Below are positions 12,817-25,554 of a DNA stretch of 64,000 nt, piece by piece. A program made the position numbers and the translations under genes. This stretch comes from Ginglymostoma cirratum (taxonomy: Eukaryota). The notes below the pieces were generated by a model that worked only from the letters and a program-made list of their open reading frames with translations, made no database searches and was not told where the DNA came from. The stretch's first letter is position 1. Every line of letters starts with the position of its first letter. The stretch lies in contig JAHRHZ010000030.1 in NCBI GenBank assembly GCA_024137785.1, positions 36,378,037 to 36,442,036 of the forward strand, in the 5' to 3' direction.

Positions 12817-14044
12817 CTGATTGGGCAGAACAAGGGATGTCACATGTGATACGTAGAAAGAGTGAGCAGAGTATCATGGGAAGTAGCATGGCACATCGAA
12901 GAGAGAGAGGAACAAAAGACCAAACAAAAATTAGAGAAGCAACAATTTCTACAGAACAGCTCAACATTTACAGGGTTTGAAACACTACAGCAGCTCAAAA
13001 TTTCTATGGAATAGCAGCACATACCAAAGCTGATCAGCTGATCCACAGATTTATTTCCGAAAAGAATCCCACAATATCAAACAAAAACTGATAATTAGCT
13101 GTCTCACATCTATAACATTGGAGGAATTATTTTATATTAATATTGCTGCCCACATAAGTAATCCAATATTAAAAAAAAACTTTCTGGCCTACTTATTTTA
13201 AATATTAAGGAATAATTCAAAGCACATCTAAATCCCTACAGTACATTTTGGATGTGTGAAATAAAAGATTATTAGAGGTTACTACTTGCATCAAATTTAT
13301 TCCTCAAATGACAGAAACTGAGTTCAAAAAATTATTTTTTCCAAATAATAACATATATAAACAAACTTTACCAGGCCAGTATGCAGTAAGTGGATAGATG
13401 TGCGTTACAAAGTCTACTTTTTCTGGGTATATCCCTGGGATTAGTCAGTCATTCAATGACAGATCAAGTTCTAACTGTAACATTCTAGATTTCACAACCT
13501 GCTGGCTACAGGATAGTAAATATATTTAATAATGTAGCTTAAAACACATTTTCCCCCTATAAAATGAAGGGTAAATGTGAAATGAGAACCTCATTTATAA
13601 AAATAAAAATATCCAATGAGCCTGCTTTGCCACTCAATTTCAAAGCTGATTTTCCTCCATGTCATATTCCTGTCCTATCGGATGCCTTAGTTTCCAAAAA
13701 TCTCCCAATTGTTATTTTGAATATACTCATCTGTCTGCAGCTCTCAGAGTCAAAGAATCCTTCCCATCTTAGACCTAAATAGTGACTTATTGCCATGAGA
13801 CATAGCCTCTTAACTCCTTCCCCTCCCTAGATTTTCCATTCACAGTAAACAGACTCTCAGACTCTAGTCTATTAAGTCATACCCACAAAGGCCACCAACA
13901 TCCCCACTCCGCTGAAACTTCCCTGAATTTGAAATTGAAGTACTACCAGCAGACGCTGTCTTGCAGTGCACAACGCTGTTCAAAAATAACAAGCATGGGG
14001 CTGGATGAACACAGCAGGTCAAGCAGCATCATAGGAGCAGGAAA

Positions 14045-14080
14045 ACTTGACGTTTCGGGCCTAAACCCTTCATCAGAAAT
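14045..14080 (-). ncRNA. Mirror copy of the hammerhead motif, in the sense of the RELCH pre-mRNA
   Basis: Exact reverse complement of 14197-14232. Confidence 0.72.
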
Positions 14081-14196
14081 GGGGGAGACGCCTCTTCGAC
14101 TTGTCTGCCTCCTCTCCACCTATCCTCTCCTCTATCCATCCTCTATCCGCCTCCCCCTCTCTCCCTATTTATTTCAGAACCCTCTTCCCCTCCCCC

Positions 14197-14232
14197 ATTT
14201 CTGATGAAGGGTTTAGGCCCGAAACGTCAAGT
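14197..14232 (+). ncRNA. Minimal type I hammerhead ribozyme motif
   Basis: ATTT-CTGATGA-A-GGG-tttagg-CCC-GAAA-CG-TC-AAGT: complete core, stem II, ACGT palindrome in place of stem III, GUC triplet ending at 14228. Confidence 0.75.
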
Positions 14233-14707
14233 TTTCCTGCTCCTATGATGCTGCTTGACCTGCTGTGTTCATCCAGCCCCATGCTTATCATCTCGGATTC
14301 TCCAGCATCTGCAGTACCTTTTATCACTGTTCAAAAATATCTGTGTTGAATCAGGTCTGCCAGCTTTGGTAAGGTACAGAAGCACAAAAACATCTCACCC
14401 TGGCAGACAAAGCTTACATTTTAAAGCAAGGAAGAATCTAAAAAAACACTTTGATCGACTAAAACACAGTAGCTGATAACAGAAGTAATAATTGCAATCA
14501 CACACAATTCTACGTTAATAGATATTTCACTATGGTAACATTTTATATTGAAGTCATTCAACTCCCATTCGGCTGTACTCTAATGAGAAGGGCAAGTGCT
14601 GCCCTATTAATATCTATGTTACGTAGAATATCAATCGCATTTTCAGGAAGCTGATTCTTTTTTACATCTGATTTTTGTTAAAAGAATGATTTCATTGAAA
14701 TTCTTAC

Positions 14708-14807
14708 CTCAAACATTCTAGCAGCAGTGCATCTAACAAGCGCTGAAGTGTGCACAACACCATACCACAAAACTGTTAACAGCAGCTCATGGTATGCTGG
14801 ATTTGCT
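14708..14807 (-). CDS. RELCH: RELCH exon (G)ANPAYHELLLTVLWYGVVHTSALVRCTAARMFE
   Basis: 100 nt, tgctag acceptor, gtaaga donor. Confidence 0.96.
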
Positions 14808-15589
14808 CTAGCAAAATAAGCAGAATTAGAAAGATCAGACTTAAAACAATTAAATCGAACATTTAAGTGCTTTCGGGAAAGCCATATCCTTCCTACACAG
14901 ACTCAACTCCAATAGTGTTTCCCCCCCTACTCCTCCTCTGCTACCCACAAACATTCCAGGTTTCTGATGAAAGCATTTTAAACAAAAGTAATTGTTCAGA
15001 CAGCCCTCTTTGACACCTGCTTTACAATCATGATTGAAGTCGCAGGATTATGTTGATCAACAAGTTTAAAACTACAATGGGAAATTCCAGTCTTTAGCTA
15101 AAATAGAAATGGTATGAATCAGTTTGGAGCAACTCCCTGCTCAAAGAAATTAAAATAATTTTGGCTGTCACAAACTAATTAAACTAATCAAAAAGTATAT
15201 AATGAATGGAGTAGACTTGTCAGTTCTCTACTTCTGGCTACTTAGGAATCCTTCAAGTGATCACAAACATAAATCCAAACAGATCAAACTGGAAATTAAA
15301 ACAATTGATTGATTCCATTGGGAAATAAGTAGTTTGGATAGAAAAGGAACCTACATCATCAGAACCAACTCTCCAAAAGATGCTGAAACGGTGTGGAGCT
15401 TCCAAGGCAGGACAATCAAAGTGGTAACAAATGCAAAGGGGAAGAAAAATAGTTGGGATCATTCAAAGCCAAGGGGACAGAGGAAAGGGAAATACTGCAA
15501 GAATGAAAACTTAAGGAGCCAGTGAAATGAAGCAATGTTAAGGAGGGCATCTGACAGCATTTAAACAGCAACACAATATTAAAATGCTT

Positions 15590-16560
15590 TAACTGGATTA
15601 TTGCAGATGACAAAACAAAAAAAACTGGTGGTGTTGTTGATGGCAAAGAGGATCATCTCAAACTACAATCTGATATTGATCAGCTGGCAAATTGGGCAGA
15701 GCAATGGCAGATGAAAATTAGCCCTAAAAAGTGTGAGGTGATGCATTTAGGGAGGTCCAACAAGGGAAGAATTTACACAATGGATGACAGGTCCCTGGGG
15801 GGTACTGAGGAACAAAGGGACCTTGGTGTACAAGTCCATGGATCCCTGAAGGTGTCAGCACAGGTAGGCAGGGTGTTGAAGCATGTGGGATGCTTGCCTT
15901 CATTAGCTGGGGCTTAGAATAAAAGGAGCAGGGAAGTCTTGTTGCAACTTTATAAAACATTGGTTAGACCACAGATGGAATGCGGTGTGCAGTTCTAGTC
16001 ACCACACTAGCATAAGGATGTGATTGCACTGGAAAAGGGTGCGGAAGAAATTCACCAGGTTGTTACCTGGGATGAAAAGTCTCAATTATGAGGACAGACT
16101 GGACAGGCTGGGTTGGTTTTCCCTGGAGCGGAGGTGGTTTGAGGGGGCCGGGAGGTGGGGGGTGGGCGGGGGGCGCGGGGGCGAAGAGAGGTGTGTGCAC
16201 TGATTGAGGTACACAAAATGATGAGAAGCATAGGCAGGGTAGATCATGCGAATCTCTTCCCAATGGCAGACATATCTAAAAATCAGAGGGGGCAAGTTTA
16301 GGGCGAAGAGTTAAGTGGTTTAGAGGGGATCTGAGGAAACATTTTTCACCCAGAAGGCAGTAGAAATATGGAACATGCTGCCTGAGGGGGTGGTAGAAGC
16401 ACGTACTATTTCAGCAGTGAAGCAGCATCTGGAGGAGCACAAAATGCCAGGCAAAGTAGGCTATGCGTCAAGTGCAGGTAAATGGGATCAGTATGGGTTT
16501 GGTTTTTGTGGTCAGCGGAGATATTGTGGGCCGAAGGAAATGTTTCTCTACTCTATGACT
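15590..16560 (+). mobile_element. CR1 LINE 3' fragment
   Basis: ORF remnant KCEVMHLGRSNKGRIYTM...EQRDLGVQVHGSLKV; ends in ctctatgactct; G-rich insert at 16141-16183. Confidence 0.9.
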
Positions 16561-17509
16561 CTTGGGAAAAGGACGGTTAAACATGGGAGTTTAAGAAGGA
16601 AAAAAAGAAATAAAAGCTCTCATGAGGAATTAAAGTGAGGGCAGTGAAAGACAACTGGAAGGGAAAGTGGCTGAGTGAAGAGTAAATTAAATGGATATGG
16701 AGGTCTGATTGCTTGCGATGTTTACAAATGTGGGAACTAGATTTAGGTCAAGGAAGTGGTTTACAGCTTCAGAAAATGCAGGAACTTAAGTGCAGACAGA
16801 AGTCAGGAAGTCAATGAGAGTACAGCTACCATTAGAGACTGAAGGCATTGTCCTACGATACCACGCACTGGCTATAAAATGCAGATGAAAATAAGATCAT
16901 AGGAAACAAATAAGGGGAGATTAGTCCGGACAAAGGAGTAGGCTGAAGAGTAAGGGGAATTGTAGTTGTAATGGATGCCTTCTTAGGAAAATGGATAGCC
17001 ATGTGTGCTGGAACATGATAAGCTTGTTGAAGTTACAACAGTATATATTGAGGAAAGGCAATTGGATGCTATATTCAGTAAACTCAGGGATTAAGAGATA
17101 CTTCCTGAACTTTGAATCTCCAGAAGTTGTTGGTTAGCATACGCATCGCTACTGGTTTGCTCCAGATAATGACCACTACGAGCCTCCTTGATTTCTTTTT
17201 AAGTGTCTATTTGCATTCTAATTCCTTCTTAAACTCACCAGAGAAAGTAAAGTTGGGCTCCTGAGACACAGTGATAGGATCCCTATCTCTACCTTGGTTA
17301 CATACACAAACCACAGACCAGGTCAAGGCAGACACTGGGGATGATAAAATGTTTATACTAGGGAGTAAGCATCAGAAATAGAATACTGCATTTGAAGGTG
17401 GCTATCATAGCTGAAAATTACAATGGAACATCAAAAAAAAGTAATGCAGAAAATGGGGGCAAAGAGAATTCAGAGATACAGAGTTTTCACAAACAACGGA
17501 ATATCTTAC

Positions 17510-17616
17510 CCTAGTTCCACAAATGAAGCCTTCAGACTATCAAGAGGTGCATGAGATAATGAAAGTGTGGTCATTACATCTTCCAAAAATCCCACGAGGA
17601 GTTTCCGGTCTTCTTC
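17510..17616 (-). CDS. RELCH: RELCH exon EEDRKLLVGFLEDVMTTLSLSHAPLDSLKASFVEL(G)
   Basis: 107 nt, ctgcag acceptor, gtaaga donor. Confidence 0.96.
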
Positions 17617-17716
17617 CTGCAGGACAGTTACGTTTATTCAGCATTTTAATAAATTCATTAACTAAATCAAGAGGAGGTTGCTAAGTCTAAAAATTACAAA
17701 TGTCAACTTCCTTTAC

Positions 17717-17802
17717 CTGATTGTAACAAGTGAGTACCCCTGTTGCATATATGGGAACTGTTGCCTTTGTTAGCACCCCATTGCCGGCTGTGGCCGATAC
17801 GT
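17717..17802 (-). CDS. RELCH: RELCH exon (D)VSATAGNGVLTKATVPIYATGVLTCYNQ
   Basis: 86 nt, aaaaag acceptor, gtaaag donor; followed by a 100-nt intron. Confidence 0.92.
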
Positions 17803-18499
17803 CTTTTTGCAAAGCAAGAAACAAATGTCAATGCATGTTATCCTATATCTGTTACAATTAATTCCCTTTACAAAGGCCATTTGTTTAACTGTATCATGCT
17901 TTTTGCACATTAAGAGGCCATAGAATTATACTTTGATACCTAAAATAGTTGTCTTTAGAATAATTCAACTGAAGTTTTAATAAATCCAGCAGAACTTACA
18001 GTAATTTCTGACACATAACCACCTTCTATACAATCATATGAATAGCACAAACCTCTAGACTTTTTGTATTATAGACAGAACAACTACATTAAATTTTGTG
18101 CCATTCATTCATTGAATACAATTAATTTATTTTCCAATTCCAGGTGGTCACAATCACCTCTCAAAAGGGCTGACGAGCACAGATTTTAAAAGTATTTTGT
18201 CAACAATGGTGGAAACGTATATAATAACAACAGGTTTCTGAAATTTTACAGTAATGCTTGTTAAAATTTTCAGAAGGCCAATTACTATTAGTGCAAGTTG
18301 CACAACAATTTTTTTTAAAAAATTGAATTCTCAGATGTGCAGACTCAGAACATTTCAAAACAGAGCTGACATGAATTAGAAAACGCTAACTCATATTTCT
18401 TCTATACTCTCTTCTCGCCCAGAACTGTAAAATTAGGCTTTCAATAAAAAACCAGCACTGGATTGTTTAACAGAGTGGGCCATGTGTGGGTGTGCTTAC

Positions 18500-18548
18500 C
18501 AACAGCTTCTTCTGAAAGCCTCAGTATTTCTTGGAACTGTGGCTTTAC
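18500..18548 (-). CDS. RELCH: RELCH exon VKPQFQEILRLSEEAV
   Basis: 49 nt, ccttag acceptor, gtaagc donor. Confidence 0.94.
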
Positions 18549-19572
18549 CTAAGGGTGTACAATACATCACATTAGATTAAAACAAAGGCAAAACCATCTA
18601 AAGTCAAACAGAACTACATACCCACTACGTCAGTTGTATTTAAAACATAGGAATGGTAAATTAGTTAATTAAGAAAAGCCATCTCAGCAAGCTGAACAAA
18701 GATTGAACTTAAGCTTTTTTTTTAAGAAAAGAAAACAAAGTCATCGGGGAAGAAATACACTTTTACTAGTTTTGATATTTTCAAATAGAAGAGAGGTATT
18801 ATGAAAAAAATGAGTAATTGTCAAATCTAGGTTTGGACATCCAGCAGTGTTACTGGTTAAATTATCATTTCGACAGGAGCAGCCAGTGCATGTTCTGTCC
18901 TTTTGAAATTCAAGCATCTGATTATGATTTTAGATCAGATGCAACTGAAATTCAGTACAAGCCTTAAAGCCAGACACCCAGAGCTACACTCTGACTCTAC
19001 AAAAGAATGGGCATGAAGGAACAAGGTAATTTGATACTTTGCCATTCTACAGACAAATACAAGTGGAAGTTTAATTGGACTTCGACAATAACTGCAACCC
19101 TAAAGAAAGAAATTTTAAAATGAATAAGCCTCAAAATAATATGCCCAGTTGCCAACACGTTCTGACAATATAGGGCTAAAATGATCAAGTATTTCATAAG
19201 ATACAAATAACTCTTGCTATACTGGAACACATCTCAACGACTATCTGGTTTATTCTGTTAGTTTCTGGAGATCAAGGAGCATTAATGTGGAGATAGTGCA
19301 GAAAAATGGTGTTGAGGTAGAAGATCAGTCACGATCTAGTTGAATGGTACAGCAAGCTCTAAAGGGGTCTAAATGGGCCTATTTTCTAAGCTCCAAATGC
19401 AGAACTCACTCTCAAGGGATTAAATAGGAATTTCTTTAAGAGAGACATTGTAAACTGAACAATCACACGTAATTGTTAAAGTTACTCAATCATTTGCATT
19501 GTTCTGACACATATTTAAAAGAACAATTGGGTAAGCTGTGTAACTACTGACAAGGAGTTTAAATTAACACAC

Positions 19573-19696
19573 CTTCGTATTTGTGAAAATTTTACCAAAC
19601 GTCCGACACAGCCTCCAGAAATACCGGGAGAAATCATGGACACAGGATGTGGAGGTAACGTTAATTTTACCAACAGTTTCTATCAAGTGTGGTAAT
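19573..19696 (-). CDS. RELCH: RELCH exon LPHLIETVGKINVTSTSCVHDFSRYFWRLCRTFGKIFTNTK
   Basis: 124 nt, ttccag acceptor, gtgtgt donor. Confidence 0.95.
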
Positions 19697-20100
19697 CTGG
19701 AACAAAATAATGAGAGTCACTTAGAACATCTGCTCCATTTTGTGGCTGAAGCCTCAGTTACCTTCAGATGAGCAATAAAATTACCAAGGGCCAAGTAGTT
19801 TTGAGTGCTCCAACAAAATTTTTACAGTTTAAAATGCCGAGTTACTGTTAAGTTCAGTCTGCAAGATTTCACATCATTGCACAAGAGTTTAAAGAAAATT
19901 GTACTGAAATTAAAAGCCTCTTTTAAAGACACGAAGTTTAAAAACAAACTATTTTTCATATTTGAGGACACTTTCATCACTGTCATAGGTAAATACGTAT
20001 CCATGTCAAATGGCTCCTAAACTGACATCAATTAAAAAAAAAACAGCCAACGACTTTGAAGGGATATTGGTAAAAAGAGGGATGAGAGTGACCAACTCAC

Positions 20101-20257
20101 AGCTGGTTAACGACCCACAGAAGGTTCTCCCAGCCAGTTGTGCCCTCATGTTCTAGTTGATTATCGTAGAGTTGCAATAGCACTGATAACTGTTCCCTGC
20201 TTCCAATGATTGTTGCCACATCTTGAAGAGGGGAGGCCGGTCGTGGGAATCTTGTCA
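20101..20257 (-). CDS. RELCH: RELCH exon (V)TRFPRPASPLQDVATIIGSREQLSVLLQLYDNQLEHEGTTGWENLLWVVNQ(L)
   Basis: 157 nt inside ORF 20097..20360; ttttag acceptor, gtgagt donor. Confidence 0.96.
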
Positions 20258-20562
20258 CTAAAAGAAGATAAAATTGATTCATGATTGAGACATATATATG
20301 GCTGGTCATGTTTTCAAGAGAAGCATTTGCCAATTCTCCTCTCAAATTTTGTGGATGCATTAAAATTCATTAACTTTTGGCATGCTTGCTGAATTTAATC
20401 CTATAAGAGTAGAATATTCCCAGTTTGGTCCCATTGCTGATCTCAGGTGGGTGCACAGCAGTCTCACAAGGGCTTGTTCCTTCACATGCTTGGGTGCAGT
20501 GGCACTGGGAGCATAATTTGCATTAGATTCCCACTGATACAAAGTCCTGACCATTCTGAAAT

Positions 20563-21260
20563 TCAGAAGTCACATGACACCAGGTTATAGTCCAACAGGT
20601 TTATTCAAAACCACAAGTTTTTGGAGTGCTGCTCCATCATTAGCTGCAGTGGGAGGGAAATGCACAGACGCAGAACATATAGACAAAGAGATAAAGGTAA
20701 TTAAGAGTGTGTCGACAGACAAGTACAAATAGGGTGATTGGCGCATTGACAGGTTGAATAACAAGTCTTTGCAGGTGATCAAGAGTGTCAAACAGCGTGA
20801 ATTAAATGTCAATGGCTGAGTAACAAGTGAAGGGATGACCTATGAACCGATTAATTAAGGCAGATGGACAATTAAAATACTCAAAAATAAGATGGTGCGG
20901 GAGACAGACTAAATGGTTGGAATAACATGATAGGAATTAGAGTTGCATGAGAAAAGTCTAACCAAAGTGACAAGTAATCCAAAATTATACAAACTAATTG
21001 ATTTAGAGAGATAGTAACAAGTTATTAAGACAACACTTAATATTTGACACGATCACCTTGACACACTTAATTACCTGGAATTACCTTTATCTCATCTATT
21101 TATTCTATGCCTGTGTGCTCCCCTCCCACTTCAGCTGACCAAGGAGCAGCACTCCAAAAGCTTGTGATTTTGAATAAATTTTGAATAAAGGACTATAACC
21201 TGGTATTGTGTGAATATTGCTTTTGTCCACACCAGCCCAACAACAGCAACTCCACATCAT
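20563..21260. mobile_element. Second Penelope-like family, fragment with inverted ends
   Basis: Ends near 20570-20715 and 21060-21215 are imperfect complements; decayed motif CTGACCA-AGGAGC-agc-ACTCC-AAAA-GC-TT at 21135. Confidence 0.65.
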
Positions 21261-21549
21261 GCATATCATTCACAGATCACAATCAACTCTACCTCACCTT
21301 CCATAGAAAATGCTCTGTACAAATACATTTCAATTCCGTAATCTCCGATAATTAAGCACATTTCCGAAACATATATTGTATTACTTAGAATCAACCATTC
21401 AACCCTTATTCCTGGTTGGCTATCTTCCATGTGTGACATACCACCAAAACACCTTCCACCCTGTAACCATTTGGCTCACCTTGTTCACTGTGGCCTTCTG
21501 TATGAGCAATTCATTGAGCATCACTCCACATCTCTACCTGTAGCCCTTT

Positions 21550-22210
21550 ACAGAAACTGATCCCATTCCCTTTTGAATGCCTTGATCGAACCTGTTTCCA
21601 ACCTCACTGAGGCAGTGCGTTCCAGATCCTAGTCACCTATGCATAAAAAAAGTTTTACCTCTTATCACTATTGCTTCTTTCAGCAATCAACTCCCATTTG
21701 GTTCCAAATCCTCTGGAACAGTTTTTCCCTACCTATTCATCCAGGTTCCTCATGATTTTGAATACCTCTATCAAATTTCCTTTCAATCTTCTCTTCTCCA
21801 AGGAAAACTGCTCCAACCTCTCCAATTTACCCACGTAACTGAAATATTTCATCCTGGGACCACTTGCATGAATCTTTTCTACATCTGCTCTAACACATTC
21901 AGATCCTTCCTTGAATGTGGTGCCCAAAACTGGGCACGATACTGCAGCTGAGGCTCAACTAGTTTTATACAAGTTCAACATAACCTCCTTGTTCTTGTAT
22001 TCCATTTCTCCATGGATGAAACTAGGATGCCATGTGCTTTACTGACTGCTCCCTTAATCCCATCTTGCCATCTTGAACAATTTGTGCACATATATACCAA
22101 GAGGCCTCAACTCCAGAGCTCCTTTTAGAATTGTACCCTTCATTATATTTTATCCCCTCTGTATCTTTCCTACCAAATTTAAACATCTCACACCTCTCAG
22201 CATTAAATCT
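21550..22210 (-). mobile_element. CR1 LINE fragment
   Basis: ORF remnant LERLEQFSLEKRRLKGNLIEVFKIM. Confidence 0.85.
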
Positions 22211-22394
22211 CGTTTGATCTCTCAGCATTACAGTTCGTTTGTCTAAGAACAGGAACCATTACCTTCTAAAGTACCCAGTTTTAGCATTTAATGAGATATT
22301 TTAAGGCAGATTGTGACACAAAGATAGTCTGGTAAATAAGTCTGAAGAGTAAAAAAAGAAAACTACCCGCTCACTTAATGCCATTGTAAAGTTC

Positions 22395-23155
22395 TGACAA
22401 ATGGAGAACAATTTGGGGAGATGTGAAGTTGTCCAATTTGGTAGAAAGGATATAAAAGAAGCATATCACCTAAACAAAGAGAGTTTGTAGAGTTCCCAGA
22501 GATGCAGAAGGATCTGGGTGTTCTCGTACATGAAACACAACAGACTAGTATGCAGGTACACCAAATAATTAGGAAGTAGAATGTTATTTATTATGAGGGG
22601 AATGGAATAAATGTAGAGGGGTTATGGTTCAGTTTACAGGGACACTGGTGAGACAGCATTGGAGAACTGTGTGCAGTATTGGTCACCTTATTTAAGGAAA
22701 GATGTAAATATTTTGGAAGTAGTTTATAGGTGGTTTACCAGAATAATACCGAGAATGTGCAGGGTGTCTTATGAGGAAAGATTGGACAGGCTTGCATTTG
22801 CTGGAGTTTAGAAGAGCTGACTTGAGTGAGACATGCAAAGTCCTGAGGGTCCTTGACAGAGTAGATGTGGAGAGAATGTCTCCTCTTATGCAGGAGACTA
22901 AGCCTAGAGGTCAGTGCTTAAAAATCAGGAGTCACCCTGATTCAAAGTTCTTAGACTCTATTTGCACTGCTTTTACAGGAAGAAAACTTTGAATAGTTTT
23001 AAGGTGAAAGTGGATAGGTTATTGACTAGCAAGGGAGTGAAAAGGTTTAATCGGGGGTAGGTGGGAATGTGTTTTGAGGTTAGAATCAGATCAACTATAG
23101 TCTTATTGAATTGAGGAGCCACCTTGAGGGACCAAATGTCCCATTCCTGCTGGTA
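22395..23155 (+). mobile_element. CR1 LINE fragment
   Basis: ORF remnant LLEFRRADLSETCKVLRVLDRVDVERM. Confidence 0.85.
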
Positions 23156-23766
23156 ATTGGAAATGTAGTAGGATTAATGAGGCATAAATTCGGACCACTT
23201 TTAAGTTTATTATTTGGAAGCAAAAAAACTTGGAGTGACCAAAATGTAGCACAAATCAAATAATGATGATAAATACCAATAGTTTGAAGGAAAAGTTTTA
23301 AGAGGATGGTTACACTGGGAGAGAAGGAGAGGGCTAAGGTTGAAGGGAGTTCTCTTGCTTGTCTTTCACAACTTTCTGAAGACCCTGGAATCAGAGGAGA
23401 TGTTATTCCCAACAATTCTTTTCTTGTATTTTCCATGGACTATCTGCTAGCTTACAGCAAATGAACACGAAAATCTTGCGGTTATTCACCTAAAACTAAT
23501 TACGAGTGTCATTAGAATGCTTGCTACCCAACAAAACATCACATTGTCATTCAGCTCAAAGATAATTCTTATACCATGTACCAATCCTTAATTACTACTT
23601 CTCTCTAAATTCTAGGAGTGCATGACATGAAGTAATAAAGTTCTCAATGTAGATTTGAACATTGGAAACTCAAAATAGTTACAATTATCAAGGGTGGCCT
23701 CACCAAATCTGCACTTGGACCATTATCATAAACACTGTACAAGCAAATCACTGTACAATACAATAC

Positions 23767-23914
23767 CCTCTATCTGTGGCACTTCTCCTTGAAGCTTTGC
23801 TTTACTTGCAAAAGGAGCATTTTTCAGAACCAGTGCAAAAAGTGGCGGAATTAGTGATTGCATGGCTGAAAGATGCAGGTGGAGTTTATTCTCATCGAGT
23901 CCATGCTCTCCATC
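23767..23914 (-). CDS. RELCH: RELCH exon DGEHGLDENKLHLHLSAMQSLIPPLFALVLKNAPFASKAKLQGEVPQIE
   Basis: 148 nt, atatag acceptor, gtattg donor. Confidence 0.95.
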
Positions 23915-25263
23915 CTATATACAAAAAAAAGTCGACAGGATAGGGTTTAGAAACAAATTAGGCCTCAGATTTGCATCAGTAATACGCATCTTAAAAAGCA
24001 AATTTAGTATATGAACTACATAAAGTCAAATATCAACACAAAACATTTTAAACGTCCTACAGTGTTCATCATCACTTTGAAGATTGTCTTGCAGATCAAG
24101 TTAAATTTGTTTAATGAAAGCAAAGCAAATATTAACATTTAGTTTTGAAAATTTCGAATTTCCGCATACAATATGAATTATTTTACAAGGTTATATCCAA
24201 TAAGAATATTCTGATATCGGTCTGTGGAAAGTGCTTACAAGTCAAAAAGTGAGAGATTTTACATACTTTATGTAAAAATGCGATGGTTATTAGGATAGTT
24301 TCTTATAACACCATGTTCTACAGCTGCCCAGAGAGCTGGCCATACTAGATCCGGTACAGTGCAACGAGATACGACTAATGAACGATCTCATGACAAAGAC
24401 AGCCTCAGGCAGTAAAAGTGACATTTCATATTCAGTTTGAGGGAGAGAAAGTAAAGGACAAATAAAGACAAGTGAGGGCTTGAAAACAGATCTGGCTTAG
24501 AGAATTGGTAAATTAGATTAAAGGATTGGTCAACAGAGATGTCATAAAAGACATTTAAAGGGATATTCAAGAATACATAGACTAGATACATCCAAACAGT
24601 ATGCAAAACGCCAAGGGTGGATGCAACATTTAGGGTTAACTAGAAAATGTCAAAGATAGCATCAAACTTAAAAGAAAACAAAACACTTGAAGAAATGGTC
24701 AAAAAATTAATGAGAATAAAAATAGAGTCACAAAGAAGGCTAGACAAAAACAAAGACAGTAAGGATTTCTACAGATATTTAAAAAGGAAAAAGAATAACA
24801 ATGTGCATTTACATACTGCCTAAACGGTCTCCAGATCATTGTTAAATCAGATTTGAAATCAAGCAGCACCTGAAAAGCATTCTGGAGAGACAGCTAAAAT
24901 TTGTACAAATAAGCAAGTTTTAGACAAAGTCTTAAAGAAGCAGACAGGGGTAGGGAGATAAGAATGTTTTGAGGGGAATTCTAGACCTCAGGGCCCAAGA
25001 AACTAGAGACATGGTCGCCAATTGTGGGGCCATTAGATTTGGGAAGGGTCATGGGGCCTAAATTGAATGAGTGCTGAGTTCTCAAGCAGATATAGGGCTG
25101 GGTAGATTGGGAGTGGGAAGCACATGGAGGGATTTGAAGGGAAGGGTGAGAATTTTAAAATTGAAGTAGCAGTGGACTGGAGTCATAAACAAGTGACTAC
25201 AGTAATGATTAATTAACTGGACTTGCATCAAGATTTAAAATACGATGTATCTCTTATACCTAC

Positions 25264-25428
25264 CCTGAGTATTTTTTCAATGTTGCTTAGCAGAGTCGGA
25301 ATGAGATGGGACTGAAGTTTACCCAGCTCTGTGGTCCATGCTGCAAAAGCTGGCAGGAAAACTTGATGCGTAGCATTAATTACCCGTTCTGAGGGGTCAT
25401 TTAAGGCAGACATCTGCAATTCAAAACC
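25264..25428 (-). CDS. RELCH: RELCH exon GFELQMSALNDPSERVINATHQVFLPAFAAWTTELGKLQSHLIPTLLSNIEKILR
   Basis: 165 nt inside ORF 25228..25524; ccacag acceptor, gtaggt donor. Confidence 0.96.
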
Positions 25429-25554
25429 CTGTGGTTGGGGAAGAGAAAGCCAATTTATATAGAGGAACAACAAAATGTGGGAATTTCCATGAAGATACTT
25501 GATCTGAATAGAAAGAAATTCCAAAAACTGTAGTTACTTGCAACAGTACTATAC

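Larger units (their letters stand above)
13991..14320. mobile_element. Young Penelope-derived element with a perfect 97-bp inverted repeat
   Basis: 13991-14087 is the exact reverse complement of 14190-14286; 102-nt pyrimidine-rich spacer. Confidence 0.85.
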
